A stretch of DNA of 64,000 nucleotides from Octopus bimaculoides (taxonomy: Eukaryota). The position numbers were made by a program, and so were the translations under genes. Position 1 is the first letter of the stretch. Each line of letters starts with the position of its first letter. This document shows positions 49,586-63,319 of this stretch, in pieces. The notes under the pieces were generated by a model. The model searched no databases and was not told the origin of the DNA. It was given only the letters and a program-made list of their open reading frames with translations. The stretch covers positions 166,215,181-166,279,180 of the forward strand of contig NC_068981.1 in NCBI RefSeq assembly GCF_001194135.2, written 5' to 3'.

Positions 49586-51316
49586 TATAAATGTAGTCTT
49601 CCTTTTAAAAAAATATTAAGAGTGGGATTTAAGGGAGTTTAGGTTACTATTTTTGACATGTTGGGCAACTACATTGGTTCCCCTGTTGGCATGTTCTCTT
49701 TGCTATTTTTACATTGGTCATATTTTATCTACTAAATAGTACTACAATTAAAACAGATTTATTTTACTTGGAAGTTATATTTTATTATAAATGACTTAAA
49801 TATCATCAGTTATTAAATTAGCATTTTGTAATTCAAGTAGTTTCTTATTCTTCCTTCCTCTTATTTTTATAACTACAGAAATCTTTATTTTATGAATAAG
49901 TTACTTTAAAAGAAACCATGCTGTGATGGTGGGCTTCTGGTGAGTAATGTCTGTTGTGAAGTCCGTTTCTTAATGAAACAATTATTATATTATTAAGAAC
50001 CACTTAGTCATATATTATATAACAGTAAAGCAAATTGATATATTTTTTTATGTGTGAGAAAAAAAGGATAAAATAACCTAGAAAGATATAAAGAAAATGT
50101 AGTGAACATAATGTTGATTTATAAAATTACATTTTCTCTATAGGTCTGAGCAGAGAGATCACTGAGTGGCTGTGAGAACTGTTTTCATGACAAGATTTTA
50201 ATAGTAGGTTACGTATTCTGAGTCAAGAAGATTGGTGGAATATTAATGGAGGAAACTTAGTGAGGGGATGGGAGTTTGCTTGTAAAAGAATTATAGTTTT
50301 TAAAGCATCTCATTAATGTGCAGTGACATTACATCTATTTTTTTTAACAAGTCTATTTTAAAAGAAGCAATTTTGACAATAAATAGACATGTTTTTCTAA
50401 CAAAGTGAAAACAAATTATTTATGAGGGTTATTTTCTCATGCAGTCTAGAAAATCTGACTTAAAATTTCATTAGAAATGAAAGTGTAGAACAAGATAAAA
50501 AAAGAAAAAAGAATTATAAATGTTTTATTACAATAAAAATATGTATTTAAATGTAAATTTTTGCATACATTTTTGAAATTATTTTCATATGCTTTTGTAT
50601 ATGGGGAATGATTGCATGTGTGTGTGTGAAAGCAAGAGAGAGAAGAGGAGGAAGAGAACAGAACAGACTGAGAGTTATGGCAAACCATCGCTTGATCTTT
50701 GTATGTAACCTTGCTTAAAATCAGTGTCAGCTGGTGGGAGTCTTAATATTCTGTTCTTACTGGAGCACCATTTACAAATTGTGGAAGAAGAGTATATAAA
50801 GTTATGCACAAGCTGATAGGACAGCCCTCAAAGGCATTAGTCACAATGCTAGATTTCTCGTACTATATGGCAGTAAAATTCTTGTGGGAAACCATTTTTT
50901 ACTGTATCCTGTCATACTGGCCCTACTGAATTGGCAAGTACAGTCAGAAATGTTATATTAACACATCAACTGCCATAGCCTGCTACTGGAACTTATTGGT
51001 AATGCCACATATTTTCGGTCATGCTGTTTAATTACAAGGAAATGTATTTTTTTGCATTTTTACAATATTCCATAATTAAACTTTCGTATTTAGCACTCAT
51101 GTCTGTTAAATATCCTCAAAAATATGTTAAAGATACTAAAACAACAGATGGTTAATGTGTCAATTCACTACAGCTGTTTCCAACAAATTTTGAATTGGTT
51201 AATGGAGACATGACAACATTAGGAAAAAAAAACTATTTTTATCAAGTGAATGCATGAACCACGACATTCAAAAGCTAACAGGATGTGCATCTTCATGATT
51301 CTATGACCCTTGCTGG

Positions 51317-51360
<44 letters not shown>

Positions 51361-52038
51361 TATCTCTCACCATAGCTTTTGCATAGCCATTGGGTGATGT
51401 TTAAAGTGGTTTAAGGGTATTATTCCCTGCAAATTGTCTTTTATCTGTGATGTTTCGTAAATATCAAGTGTAAAACCAGCTTGTGAACAGCAGTTCTCTG
51501 GCTTAGAAAAAGTAAAATTTGTTAAAAGTTGTATTGATTTCAGTGCGCTATTAAAACTTATTCTGTTTGATAGTTAATTTGTCTGACCTCTACCTTCAAA
51601 TCAAATTTGGTTTAAAGATTTACTATACATTACATGTGAAGTGCTCTTATGACAAATAATGATTCCATATGTTTACAAAGATAACTGCGCAGATGATTGA
51701 TATATCTAATAAAGTAAAACAAAAGGAGAAACAAGAACAATTTCATGAAAAACCAAATGTCCTCCTCTCTTATCTGTGTAAATGCTTCAAACTGTATCTT
51801 TGATTGTTAGGTAAACTATTTCATAGTAAATGCCTACCCCAACATAAATAATAGATAATTTCCATTTCTAACATAGTGCTACCTCTTTGGGTTTTGTTTC
51901 GCTAGGAATTGTGTACTAACTGGCCTAAGCTCATTAAAAAATCTGTTAAAATATAACAAACAGCATGTGTCAGCTTATAGTTATGAGTATTATATGTATA
52001 TATATATATATATGTATATATATATGTGTGTGTGTGTG

Positions 52039-52069
<31 letters not shown>

Positions 52070-52077
52070 GTATACAA

Positions 52078-52111
<34 letters not shown>

Positions 52112-52964
52112 GTATATATATATATATGTGTGTGTGTGTTTATATGAGTGTCACTAGTAGATTTGGAAAGTTGTTTGACCACAGCAACTATCAACTTCAG
52201 TGTATAAGTAAGTTGTTGCTAGTAGAGTCAGCTATTGATTTGTTGAGATGGGCAGCTAATGACTTGCTTCGTGATAATATTCATTAGCATCAACAATTTT
52301 ATATTCTATTATGCTAAACACGAGTAAAATGCAAGACAGAACAAGTACGTGTGTGTGTGTGTGTGCGTGTGCGTGTGTGTGTGTGTGTGAGAGAGCAAAT
52401 ATAAGTGAGGATGGTTGATGACTTGATTATTCTCACAATTTTGAATGGTGGGGCATAATCATTCTAAATAAATAATTTCACCTTATTGTTGTTATTCCTG
52501 ATATATACAACTATTTACATATTAAAAATGAAAATTGTGAAAAGAAAGATTTTTTGTATTAAAAAATGTTCTTTAAGAATTTTCTTATCTTTTCACAAGG
52601 TGCCTTAACTATATCAGAATCAATACAGGAGCCTTTATATGTTTATTCAGTCTGCTAGAAATAGTAGGCAAATCCCCCACAATTCGTACTGCCATCTTTA
52701 AAAAAAATGGAAAAGGACAAATTCTACTTGTTTTATGTTAACTTTGGGACACCCAGGCCAGTTGATCGGCTCAAGTGATACAAGATGAAAGGATTTTGAG
52801 GCCAATCCATCAGCCCAATGGAACAAATGTTGTGAACGGTTGGTCTTGAAGTGTAATAGCTAATCAGAGATCATCTTTCAGTAGATGTATCTCAAAAGAA
52901 AAAAAAAAAAAATGGTCTTTTTGGCTACACATACCAAAACACCATGTGTCTGAAAAGAGTTAAA

Positions 52965-53096
52965 AACTGACCAAATCCAATGTCATTCTAAAACTAAGCA
53001 ATCATATCATTGAAATCTCAAAGCATGATTAACTCCATAATTATGTGAATAAATAATCATTACATTTGACAGATAATTTGAATGCTAAAGGGTTAA
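52965..53096. mobile_element. piggyBac-like MITE partial copy
   Basis: caatgtcattctaaaa...tacatttgacag...AATGCTAAAGGGTTAA, shared with the other two copies. Confidence 0.6.
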
Positions 53097-56000
53097 AGTA
53101 GGCTGGGTACCTGCAAATAACAAATGGCTACAAGTGGAAAACAAAACTGGATTGTAGACTGTTTGTCTCTTAGTTACTTCTATTCAGTAGCAGCTACTTA
53201 TATTACTGGCAGTATCTAACTATTCAGTAACCTGTAAAATGAATCATGCCTACTATTACAAGAGGCAAAAAATCAGCTCTACAACATCCCTACTGTTGTT
53301 AAATGCATGTGCTTCTTTCACTGGTATGTATTGATGAAAGATGTGAACATCTAAGAGAAACCTGATAATCTTGTGTCTTCAAACAAAAGTACTTTTTGAT
53401 ATGTATTCTGCCTCAGGTTGCACAGACCGTTTTTTTCACTTTTGCTGCTAGTAATACACTAAAGCAATGATTGGTTCCCTTGAAACCTATGACCAATAAT
53501 GTTGTTTACAAAAGGCATCATATGATTTTAGAATTATAATATGGCTAGGAGACAGTCATTCTAATAATTCACCTATCTGTAATTTTCTACATAAAACACT
53601 GCTTTAAGCAATTCATGCTACTCATTGAAGAAATATATGAAAGATACTGGTATAAAAAATATCTTTGTTAAATAATATTCTTCTTTAATGTTTCTGGTAA
53701 GTTGAAGTTGGCAGACTAGAATTATGGATGTAATTATTGGTTCTGCAGTATATCTGATATAATAGCTATTGATTTATATATTTGAAATATATTGAAATAA
53801 TTTCTTCAACTAGTTTGAATTTTAAGCAGTTTCATATGTGAAGTTGGTGTCCTTGTCACTAAGAAACATATGTGGCTTTTTTTCATTTGTAAGATAATCT
53901 GTTGATAGAATAAAGATTGCTGTTGGTGAAAAGGTTGATGGCTTGTATCAAGTCACTACAACTATTTTGACAAATAGTCAAAGCAATTAACTCTCAAATG
54001 ACCCAGACAAAGCAGCTGCAAATAGGTGCCATGCATAGACAGTGAGAAAGTACTACTGTAAGCTGTGGTGATGAGTTGATGAGGGTTCCAGTGTCGAGTT
54101 CAAATGCAATATCTTCTCTCTTGTCCGAATAATCTTGCAGATTATGTCACTCACATATTAAAGAATAGTTTCAGTTTTCCAAACTATTAACCTAATCTGG
54201 TGTGCTCTTGGCTGCACTACATTTCAGTTAGCAATGCTTCAGTTGTTCTTTGCTGCTTATGACACCATAGAATAGTGGTACATAGAATAGTATACCAATT
54301 AAAATATAGTAAGATAAAAACAAAGTAGATAAGCTTGTTATGAAAATCTAAATTACATTATCAAAAATAGCTTATCTAAGTATTTATGTTGATTTTTTTT
54401 TTATTTTACTTCAACATGGTGGCACTAGATACTTGAATCAAGATAAGTGAACATTGGTAACATTTAGTCTCAGATTACAAAGAGTGCTCAACCTTTTCTA
54501 TTATTTGTAGCTCTCAATAATCTTAACCACTCCAAACAATGTAAAGTAAGACTTTATTTCTTCATTAATATTATTACATATTTGTTATCTAAAATGCCAG
54601 GCTTTGTAGGTTTTACTTCCATCCATCTTCCTTTGGAGTTAAAATTTCTACAAAGCTTAATATCTCATTCCAATATTGTATTCAGTTTAATTCAATTGAT
54701 TTTATAATCAATTGAATTCTGTTCTTCAACAAATTTGTGGCTTTAAATTAATTATCATTATTACTATTTTAAAATTATGGTTCTTAGTGTACTTTTCATA
54801 GAATTTTTAACAATCCTGATCTTTAGTGTGACCTTAGAGTAGAGTTATGTATTGTCACTTGTCCAAAAGTGAACACCCTTTTCTTGTCAGTATAGCTTAC
54901 AACCCAAATGCAAGGATGCTAATGGTTGTGGTGATGATTATAAACTGTTCCTCATTTTTGTTTTGTTTATTTTCTTATGAAATAATTGACAGTGTGGTAA
55001 ATTTATTTCATCTGTGTATTTGGTTCTACAGTTTTCAGTTTTATTATTACTGCTAAAATGTTTAGTCTGACAGTCTCTCTCTCTCTCTTTTTATCTTTCT
55101 CTCTTTCTCTCTCTCTCTTGCTTTCTCTCTTTGTATTACTTGGCTCTGAAATCACAGATTGAGATAAATTTTCTCATCACAGTTTGACTATTTTCCACCT
55201 ATTTTCAGTTGCCGCCCTGTGTAAGAGAACAAGAAGCTATATCCTAGGCTTTTTGCCAAAAACTGAATAATCTTGCACTTCTACCTCATAGAAGCCTTTA
55301 CTAAGTTCACTACTACTTTCTGTAAAGTCATTACATCCAAATGATTTAATACAATTTTCCTCTGTGTGTGTGTGTGTGCACGCATGTGTGTGTGCACGCA
55401 TGTGTGTGTGTGCACGCATGTGTGTGTGTTTGTGATAAAAATCTCTTTATGTTTAGTTATGGCAGACATTTTGTTCCTCTTTAGTAACAATCTGTTACTG
55501 AGGATAATTTTCTAATTATTCCTTTTTTTCTATACTCTGACATTAGCTTGTGATCTAGTAATCTGATCTCCCTGTTTGAAGTTCACTTTGTTATACATCA
55601 TATGTGCATAAACTTATATTTCTATATATGTCTGTTGTAGGAAGATGGAGACTTGCTAGCCATTGAATCATCTCTTTTAGCTAATTAACTTGTATTTCAG
55701 TTGCATTAAGTATGTTAGAGCAAAAGTTCAGTATTTTCTACTCTCCTCTTTTTATTTTTAGCATTGGGTTGGGGTTTTTTTTTCTTTTATATTTTTTATT
55801 AGTTTGATACTCTGATATTTTAATATAAGGTAATGCTAAGTAAGTTTCCAATAACACAGGTTTCTGTTAGTATGTATTCTAAAACTGTAACTTAAAATAT
55901 ATCATTTCATAAATAATTTACTTTGTTATCAATAGTGAGAATCTCTACAAGTGTTAGCAGTTAATTTATTAAATGGCTATTTTTGACCCCCACCCAATCT

Positions 56001-56324
56001 ATTTTCTAAGAAATTCAAGCTTAAATAGCAGGAATTAAGATTGGTTTTTCTTTTGAGAGTGTTCTCTTACTGTATATGTCAGTGTTACAAAAGTAATTGA
56101 ACTGTCTGGTAGATATTTTAAGTACTGCTTTAAAATTAATTTTAAACTTGACCATGATAAAAAGAATGCATTTGGTGTTATTGGTGGGGATCATCATAAA
56201 TTGACTAGAAAGTGGTATTGTTTAATGAATAGGAAGAAACCAGCCATGAAGTAAATAGTAGTGTTTGGTTTATGCAGTGAGAGGATGCACAAAATGTACA
56301 ATGGCATTTCAAGCAGACAGATGA

Positions 56325-57000
56325 TGCATCTATAATATCAGTGTGTTAAATGATCTGACACATCTGAAAGGTCACTTTCTTCCATAAACAAAATTTAAAA
56401 TCTGCATCATGTGGAATTATTTAAAGTTGATACTTCTACTTGGTACCAATAACACTGTTCTTGCTAAGCTGTGTGCGTGCGTATGTGAGTGTGTGTGCAT
56501 GTATATGTGATGTTTGTGTGTCCATGTGAATGCACACACAATTGTTTTTATGTGCATAATAAATTAATGTGCACGAAAAAGGTTAGTTGCTTAAAATAAT
56601 ATGGTAATTAATAATTATACATATTAAATGGTGTTTGTATACTTTTGTCATTGGGAGAAAAATTGCGTAACCTAAGATTTTTGCATCTAATTGATGCTAA
56701 AAATTTGAGAGACCTTGGCCAATATGTTCAAGACCAAGGGATACTGTGCATACTAGAGAGTTTTGTGTATTTTGATTACATTTTATATTTTTTTATACTT
56801 TTATTTTCGACGCCTTTTTTTCCATAACAGATCTGCATAAACCTCTGTTTTTTTAATTTGTCCTTGTAATGTCTATAATATCAGCATGTTAAATGATCTG
56901 ACATAGCTGAAAGGTCACTCTATTCTACACACCAAATTTAAAATCTGTACTATGATGAATTATTTAAAGTTGATATTTCTATTCGGTGCTTGTAGCACCA
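56325..57000 (+). repeat. ~130-bp diverged direct duplication (56325-56455 and 56870-57000)
   Basis: tctataatatcag..tgttaaatgatctgaca...ctgaaaggtcact...aaatttaaaatctg...gaattatttaaagttgata is present twice, ~545 bp apart. Confidence 0.85.
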
Positions 57001-57044
57001 TTTCTTTCATTTATTATTACCCTTGAGGCAAATAAAAGGAATCA

Positions 57045-57760
57045 TTTATCATTTACTATTATTATCATCACTCTTATTTTTGTGTTAAGAGTACAATATA
57101 CTCTACTGGAACAATTCTGCAGCTTCAAAGTAGATTTGGTTGTAAGCTTCTCTTTTTCAACTATCTAGATAGGGCACTTCAAAGAGCTCTCTTTTCTTAA
57201 CTTCACTTCTGGAAGGTCTCCCATGTAATATTTTTTTCCATCCTCTGCTTCACAACTTTTAGTATTCCTATAATCTCTGGAACTATTCTCGTAACCCTAT
57301 TCCACATTCTTGCTATTTCAGTCCCAAGTCTTTACATTTGGTGAGATTTTCATCTTACTAAATATGTCTTGTCATTTGAGCAAGAGACAATAATTGGTAT
57401 ACAAAACCTGGATCTATTTTATAGTGATATTTGGTTGGTTTGTTCTTATATCCTTGTTTGTATATATTGCATAGCCCAGGGAATTACACTATTTTTATTT
57501 TTTACCATCCCTGTCACATTTTCTGATATATTCTAACACAGCCAGTGTGTAGCATCCAGTTAGCATCTCAATGGTCCCTTCAAACTTTCCACACATGTAG
57601 CTTTCCAGTTTGATGGTATGCTTCAAAATATCTCTGGTAATAATCTCGTTGGGAGACATTGGTCCTCAGCCACAATAACCAGGCCTTCAGTTTCCCTTTT
57701 CAACAGTGATCCTTGGTGCCATTTTGAAAATCCTCCATTTAGAGGTTTCAGTTCTGATGT
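57045..57760 (-). mobile_element. R4/Dong-clade non-LTR retrotransposon 3' remnant (zinc knuckle plus REL endonuclease)
   Basis: LKRETEGLVIVAEDQCLPTR...YMCGKFEGTIEMLTGCYTLAVLEY...ENLTKCKDLG...EIARMWNRVTRIVPEIIGIL matches R4/Dong motifs (ETEGxxxAxQDQxxxTR; KxxKYxDLxxEIxRMW). Ends in a TAA-rich tract. Confidence 0.75.
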
Positions 57761-57992
57761 TGTATTTACATTCTCAATTACTCTTTGTTTTATTTCATTA
57801 GCTTTGTTTTATCTGTCCTTTTTGCAGTGTATGTGTATGTCATGCAAAGGAATGTGGGTGGAGTACTTATTTATTTATTTCTGCCAAATATTTGTTTTTT
57901 TTATACATTTTTCTTTTTTGTTAGTGTTGTAGTGTCTTTTTTCTTTTCTGGAGGAGGGGTGTCTAGTGCAATTTACCAGTAGTTGTTGCTGC

Positions 57993-58830
57993 TGTGGTGA
58001 ACTGGTAAAATTGTTAGCACACCAGGCAAAATGCTAAGTGGCATTTCGTCTGTCTTTATATTCTGAGTTCAAATTCTGCCAAGATCGACTTTGTCTTTCA
58101 TTCTTTCGGGGTTGATGAAATAAGTACCAGTTATACACTGGGGTTGATGTAATCAATTAGCCCTCTCCCCCAAAACTGTTGGCCTTGTGCCAAAATTTGA
58201 AATTATTATTATTATTATTATTATGACTGCAAACTAACAGAATTGTCACCATGCTTAGCAGCATTTCTTCTGACTTCTAAGTTCAAATTCTACTGAACTT
58301 GACTTTGCCTTTCATCCTTTCAGGGTCAATAAAATAAAGTACCAGTCTTTGTGGTCAATGGTATTGACTAAACCCTCCCTTCAAAATTTCTGGCTTTGTG
58401 TGTAAATTAGAAGCCAAATATGTTTGAGTGGTGGATTGGCAAAATCATTAGAACCTTGGTTAAAATGCCTTTACCTTCCGAGTTCAAATCCTACTAAGGT
58501 CAACTTTGTCTTTTATCCTTCTGGGATTGGTAATACAAAGTACAGTACCAGTCAAATACTGGGGTAGATTTAATCAACTGTTTCTCCTTCCTCAAAATTT
58601 CTGGTCTTGTGCTTATATTAGATATCATCATCGTCGTCATCATTAACAGAATCATTAGAGAATCAGAGAAAATGTGTTGCTGTATTTAATCATAACTCTT
58701 TACATTCTGAGTTCAAATCTCATCTTCGTAGCATCAGTAAAATGAAGTATAGTCAAGTATTGGAGTTGATGTAATCAACCCCTACCTCCAAATTACTGAC
58801 CTTGCACCTAAATTTAAAACAATCACATCA
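57993..58830 (+). repeat. Four head-to-tail family A SINE copies
   Basis: Units at ~57993-58205, ~58226-58412, ~58426-58625 and ~58645-58830, each with the ttctgagttcaaat/cctttcatcct/aagtaccagt core and a simple-repeat tail. Confidence 0.8.
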
Positions 58831-58852
58831 CTACTACTACTGTTACCATCCT

Positions 58853-58891
<39 letters not shown>

Positions 58892-59251
58892 CGGTATCTC
58901 AAGAACTACTTTGTCCATTATCTGAGGGAGATTTTGCTGCTAACAGGTTGAGCAACTATATAGAGGCTCCTCTTTCATCAACTAAATGAGTATTGTTCTT
59001 CTTCTTTAGCTCCAATTCAGCTCTGATTGAGCAAACCTTTGATCAGAGGCATTCCAGCCATGACCATACTGTCTTTTAGAGGACTGCATTACTCAGTGTA
59101 TCCTTATTATTTCTAACAGGTCAACTCCCACATAGAGGCACTTGCATCTTGTAGGGGTTTTAGTGTGCTAGGGAGTGAAAGTGTGCTAACTAATCTCACT
59201 GTCTTTCTAAAATATTTGTGACTAATGTTAACCATCAATTTGTCTTTTCAG

Positions 59252-59325
59252 AAACTGTACAGATGTCTTCTGCTGTATACTGTTTGTCATATGCATTGCT
59301 TCCATGATTGGAGTGTCAGTTTTTG
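59252..59325 (+). CDS. SLC44A2-like: SLC44A2-like coding exon 3 (74 nt), (R)NCTDVFCCILFVICIASMIGVSVF(G), first TM segment
   Basis: Acceptor tgtcttttcag|A, donor G|GTAAGT. The CTDxxCCxxF motif is the CTL family hallmark, and phases join exons 2 and 4. Confidence 0.95.
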
Positions 59326-60416
59326 GTAAGTATTTTAAACCCAAATTTATTATTTTTACTTCTGTGGTTAACAGTTCTGTCAAATGAAAGCCTTGATCCC
59401 CACCATGTATCATGCAAAGATTATTATTTCCAATGCTGACTGCTACATTTAAAACAAATATAAAAACCACAGACTTTTTTTTTTTTTTTTTACTTCTATT
59501 AAAAACATTATTTTGTGTGTCTGTGTATGTATAGGTATGTTTATTTTTCTAACTTGATTTTTTACATTCTTATGCTTTTGCTGGTTTCAGTCATTGGAAT
59601 ATGACCATACTGGGACACTGTCTTAAAGAGTGTGGTTGATTATATCACCACAAGTATTTTGTCTGGTACTTATTTTTTCTACCTGAGAAAAATAACAATG
59701 TTGACCTGGGCAGGGTTTGAACCCAGATTGTTAAAGATCATAACTAAAAACCAAAATGTATTTTGTCTAATGCCAGTTGATTCATTGATTCAGCCATCTA
59801 GAGTTCTATATCTAAATACATTCTTTTCTAACTCGGATTATATAAAATATGCTATACTATACTACAGAATATATTTATTGATCGGCTAATGTGGACAGAA
59901 AAGAGGGGAATCAGCTGCACTAATTTTAAGTCTGTGATTGAAATTTTTTTCTGTCCATGAAGATATTGTATATGTTTTCCTCTTTACATGCTGTTTACAT
60001 CTGTTTTACAGTGTTGGCTAAAAAAAAATCTATAGATATATTCTGGAGTACAGTGTAGTGTTGAATCAAAATGCTGTTAACACACCAATAATTTATTAAT
60101 TGATCTAAGCTTCCAAGAATGCATTATAAATGCAAATCAGTCTTTCCAATTTACTTAAGCCCATGGTAATAGCTTCTTATAAGTAGTGTCTCCATGGATA
60201 GTTAAAGATGCTAATGAAATCTTAACACAGGATTGGAACTAGTCTGCCTGATTTCTCTTTTTTCTTGTTTTACTTTATCTATAAAAAAAAGTGTATGTGT
60301 GTGTGTGTAAATATATATATATATATATATATANNNNNNNNNNNNNNNNNNNNNNNNNNNNNNNNNNNNNNNNNNNNNNNNNNNNNNNNNNNNNNNNNNN
60401 NNNNNNNNNNNNNNNN

Positions 60417-60545
<129 letters not shown>

Positions 60546-60771
60546 CAGGCAAATTGTTTACATTTGCTTATTCATTTAGTGTTAGCTAAAGGAAACCATT
60601 AGACACTTTCTGTAAACATTAAAACAAGATACTGTTAACACAGTAAGCTATATATATATGTGTGTGTGTTAAATTACTTTGGAATACTGAAATTTATAAC
60701 TTATAGCCATAGACTTATTAATCAGGTACTTATATTTAATAAGTAATATGCTTCCCTAAATTGTATTTTAG

Positions 60772-60850
60772 GCTTTATTCATGGAGATCCTCGCCGACTA
60801 TTGTATCCGACTGACAGCAGAGGAAATATTTGCGGTTATGGAGAATTTGT
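60772..60850 (+). CDS. SLC44A2-like: SLC44A2-like coding exon 4 (79 nt), (G)FIHGDPRRLLYPTDSRGNICGYGEF(V)
   Basis: Acceptor tgtattttag|G, donor GT|GTAAGT. HGDPRxxxYPTDSRGxxCG is diagnostic of SLC44A2/4/5. Exon 5 was not found in the window. Confidence 0.96.
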
Positions 60851-60987
60851 GTAAGTAAATGTTATACTTATTTGATAATCACCTAGGTTCTGAAAAGATA
60901 TATTTGGTTGACTGTTGTCTCTAAAGATATTAAAAGTGTAAATATGTATATATAATTGTCATAAGTACATAAATGCACACAAACACA

Positions 60988-62255
60988 TACTAGGTCATCC
61001 CATAACTTATGCAGTTTTTTTTATACTTCTTTTATTTTACAAAATTAAGATAAACAAAGTTCTTTTTTAATCTAAAATATACTCTCCTTCATTTTCTACA
61101 ATGCTTTTCCCTCTATCTTGTAGGTTTACAAGGCCCCTCTTCCAAAATTCACTTGTCCATGACAAAAAATACTCTTCCAGTACTGTTCTGACCTCGTCTA
61201 CAAAATTAATATTTTTTTCTGTCCAAATGATTTTCAAGAATGCGGATTAAATGATAATCAGATGGGGCAATATCTGGCAAATATGGTGGGTAGGGCATCG
61301 TTTCCCATTCAAACTGCTCCAGCATTTGGAATGTCATCCTCGCTGTATGTGGCCAAGCGTTATCCTGATGGAAGAACACCTTTCTTGAAACCAAAGATGG
61401 TCATTTTTCTTCTAGCACTGCTTGCAGTAGATCTCCTTTGTTATTGTTTGGTTTGGGTTTAAAAGTTCAAAGTGGACTAAACCTTTCATATCCCAACAAA
61501 AAGATAACAGCACCCTATGTGGGTGAAGACCTTCTTTCGCCTAGGGTGCTGGTGTTTCTCCCTACCCACTATCTTCGTCATTTCACATTTTTATGGAGAA
61601 CACATTTCTCGTCACCAGTCACTATTCAGTCCAAAAAAAGTTCATTCGTGAGACGTGACAGTAAAGAAGAGCACACATTCACTCTCTGCACGTGATTAGA
61701 CTCGGAAAGATTGTGAGGAAGCCATTGACCCAGTTTGTTGACTTTTCCGATGGCACGCAAGTGTCAATGAATAGTTGAATGACCAAATCCAAGCTTCTCT
61801 GCTAGTTCCTGAACAGTTACAATGGGATTTTGTTCCATCAAGGTTTGCAGGATGTCCTCCTCGAGTTCTACAGATCTTCCAGGATGAGACTCCTCTACTA
61901 GGTTGTAGTTTCCAACTTGGAATTTCTGGAACCACTGTTGACACTGGCTTATGCTTATTGTTCAATCCCCATATACTGCATTAATATTCCTTGCACTTTC
62001 CATTGCATTGTTGCCTTTATTGAACTCATAAAACAAAATATGCCGAATATTCTCCTTTGTCACTTCCATTATAACTTTGAAAAAATAACTGTTAAAATTA
62101 AACTGCACTCTTCAAAACTTGCACTAAGTATAAGGACAAGGTAAAATTACTACCTACTTTTATATCGAGTTGATGCAGGTAGTTTATCCTGTCGCCCTCC
62201 AACTTTTAGTTCATGCAATTGAAAAAAACCGCATTATTTATGGCATGACCCAATA
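60988..62255 (-). mobile_element. Full-length decayed mariner (DD34D) transposon, ~1.27 kb
   Basis: TA-flanked imperfect TIRs (tactaggtcatcccataacttatgcagtttttt / aaaaaaaccgcattatttatggcatgacccaata). Disrupted transposase from 62069 to 61067: MEVTKENIRHILFYEFNKG...IVTGDEK...FHQDNAWPH...PYPPYLPDIAPSDYHL...EGEYILD*. Confidence 0.92.
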
Positions 62256-62905
62256 CACCTGGTACCATAAATTCTAATTGTTTTTTATTGAATTTGAGAA
62301 ACACTTCTACTTGAATCTTACTGAAAGGTCTTCAGTATGTGTAATGAATCAATTTTGTGGGAGTTTTCTTCCTTGGAAAATTCTGTACTATTTCCATTTA
62401 ACCTCTCTATAGTATAACTTAATTTTATTTCTAATTTTATTTGAAAGGAATAGTTTTGATTTGCAATTTTGTGACATAGACAGCATTTTAATATTGTCTC
62501 TTTCTTGTATACACACACACACACACACACACAAGAAAGATAAGTGTCCAAAATGTTACATTCTTTCATTCTTCGCGCACTGAACCCTTCCATGAACTCT
62601 CCAAGTGTTGATACATGTTTTATATTACTCTTTGCTGCTGCATGAAATAATTGTTCCTTTGCATTTGTTTCTTAACAGATTCTTTGTATGTAAGCGACTT
62701 TGTGCCACGTGACAGGGGAAGTGTGCATGGGGTTTTAGATTTCTGTCAGGATATTTGTGAATGAACAAATGTCATCTTGGAAGTGTTCAGGAAGCTTATA
62801 TAATTATCTTGTCACATTACTTTTGTGTCAACATCAACTGCCAGAAATTCTATAATAATCTGCCACTGTTTTGTGACCAACAACTATTAATAATTTCATT
62901 TCATT

Positions 62906-62936
<31 letters not shown>

Positions 62937-63319
62937 TCTATTTCATTTTAAGATATTTTTTTTGTTATTGCTTTCTGTTTTTTAATATAATTACTTGTCA
63001 ATAACCTTCACTATCAGTCTTTCTCTAAACATTTGACATCTATCAAACAATATTTGAGGATTAACAGCTGCAATAATAGTAATAATAGTGGTGACAGTAG
63101 TTTTGTTCTATGTTGATGACGGGAAGTACCTATGGTAGGAGCAGACTGAGGAAAATGTATACCAAGAAGTGAGATTTGATCTGAGAATATCAAGGACCCT
63201 CACATATAACTAATATAGGGTCAAAATGGAAATATGCAGGGCATCAGACACCCAACTCCCCTCCCCCTATCCTTACCAGCAGGAGTGGAGTATATTAATA
63301 TTAGTCAGTGTCAGAGTCT

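Noticed and set aside
51965-52287. ORFs rich in Y/I/C/V
   Set aside because: Translations of (AT)n/(GT)n microsatellites. The same applies to 60211-60552.
53416-53451. GCTDRFFHFCC* after an apparent acceptor, resembling the CTL exon 3 motif
   Set aside because: Wrong phase relative to exon 2 and an immediate stop. The true exon 3 is at 59252-59325.
62679-62689. 11-nt exon-like segment (cttaacag|...|gtaagc) after exon 4
   Set aside because: Frame-shifting length and no match to the expected KPYLFYF-type exon 5.
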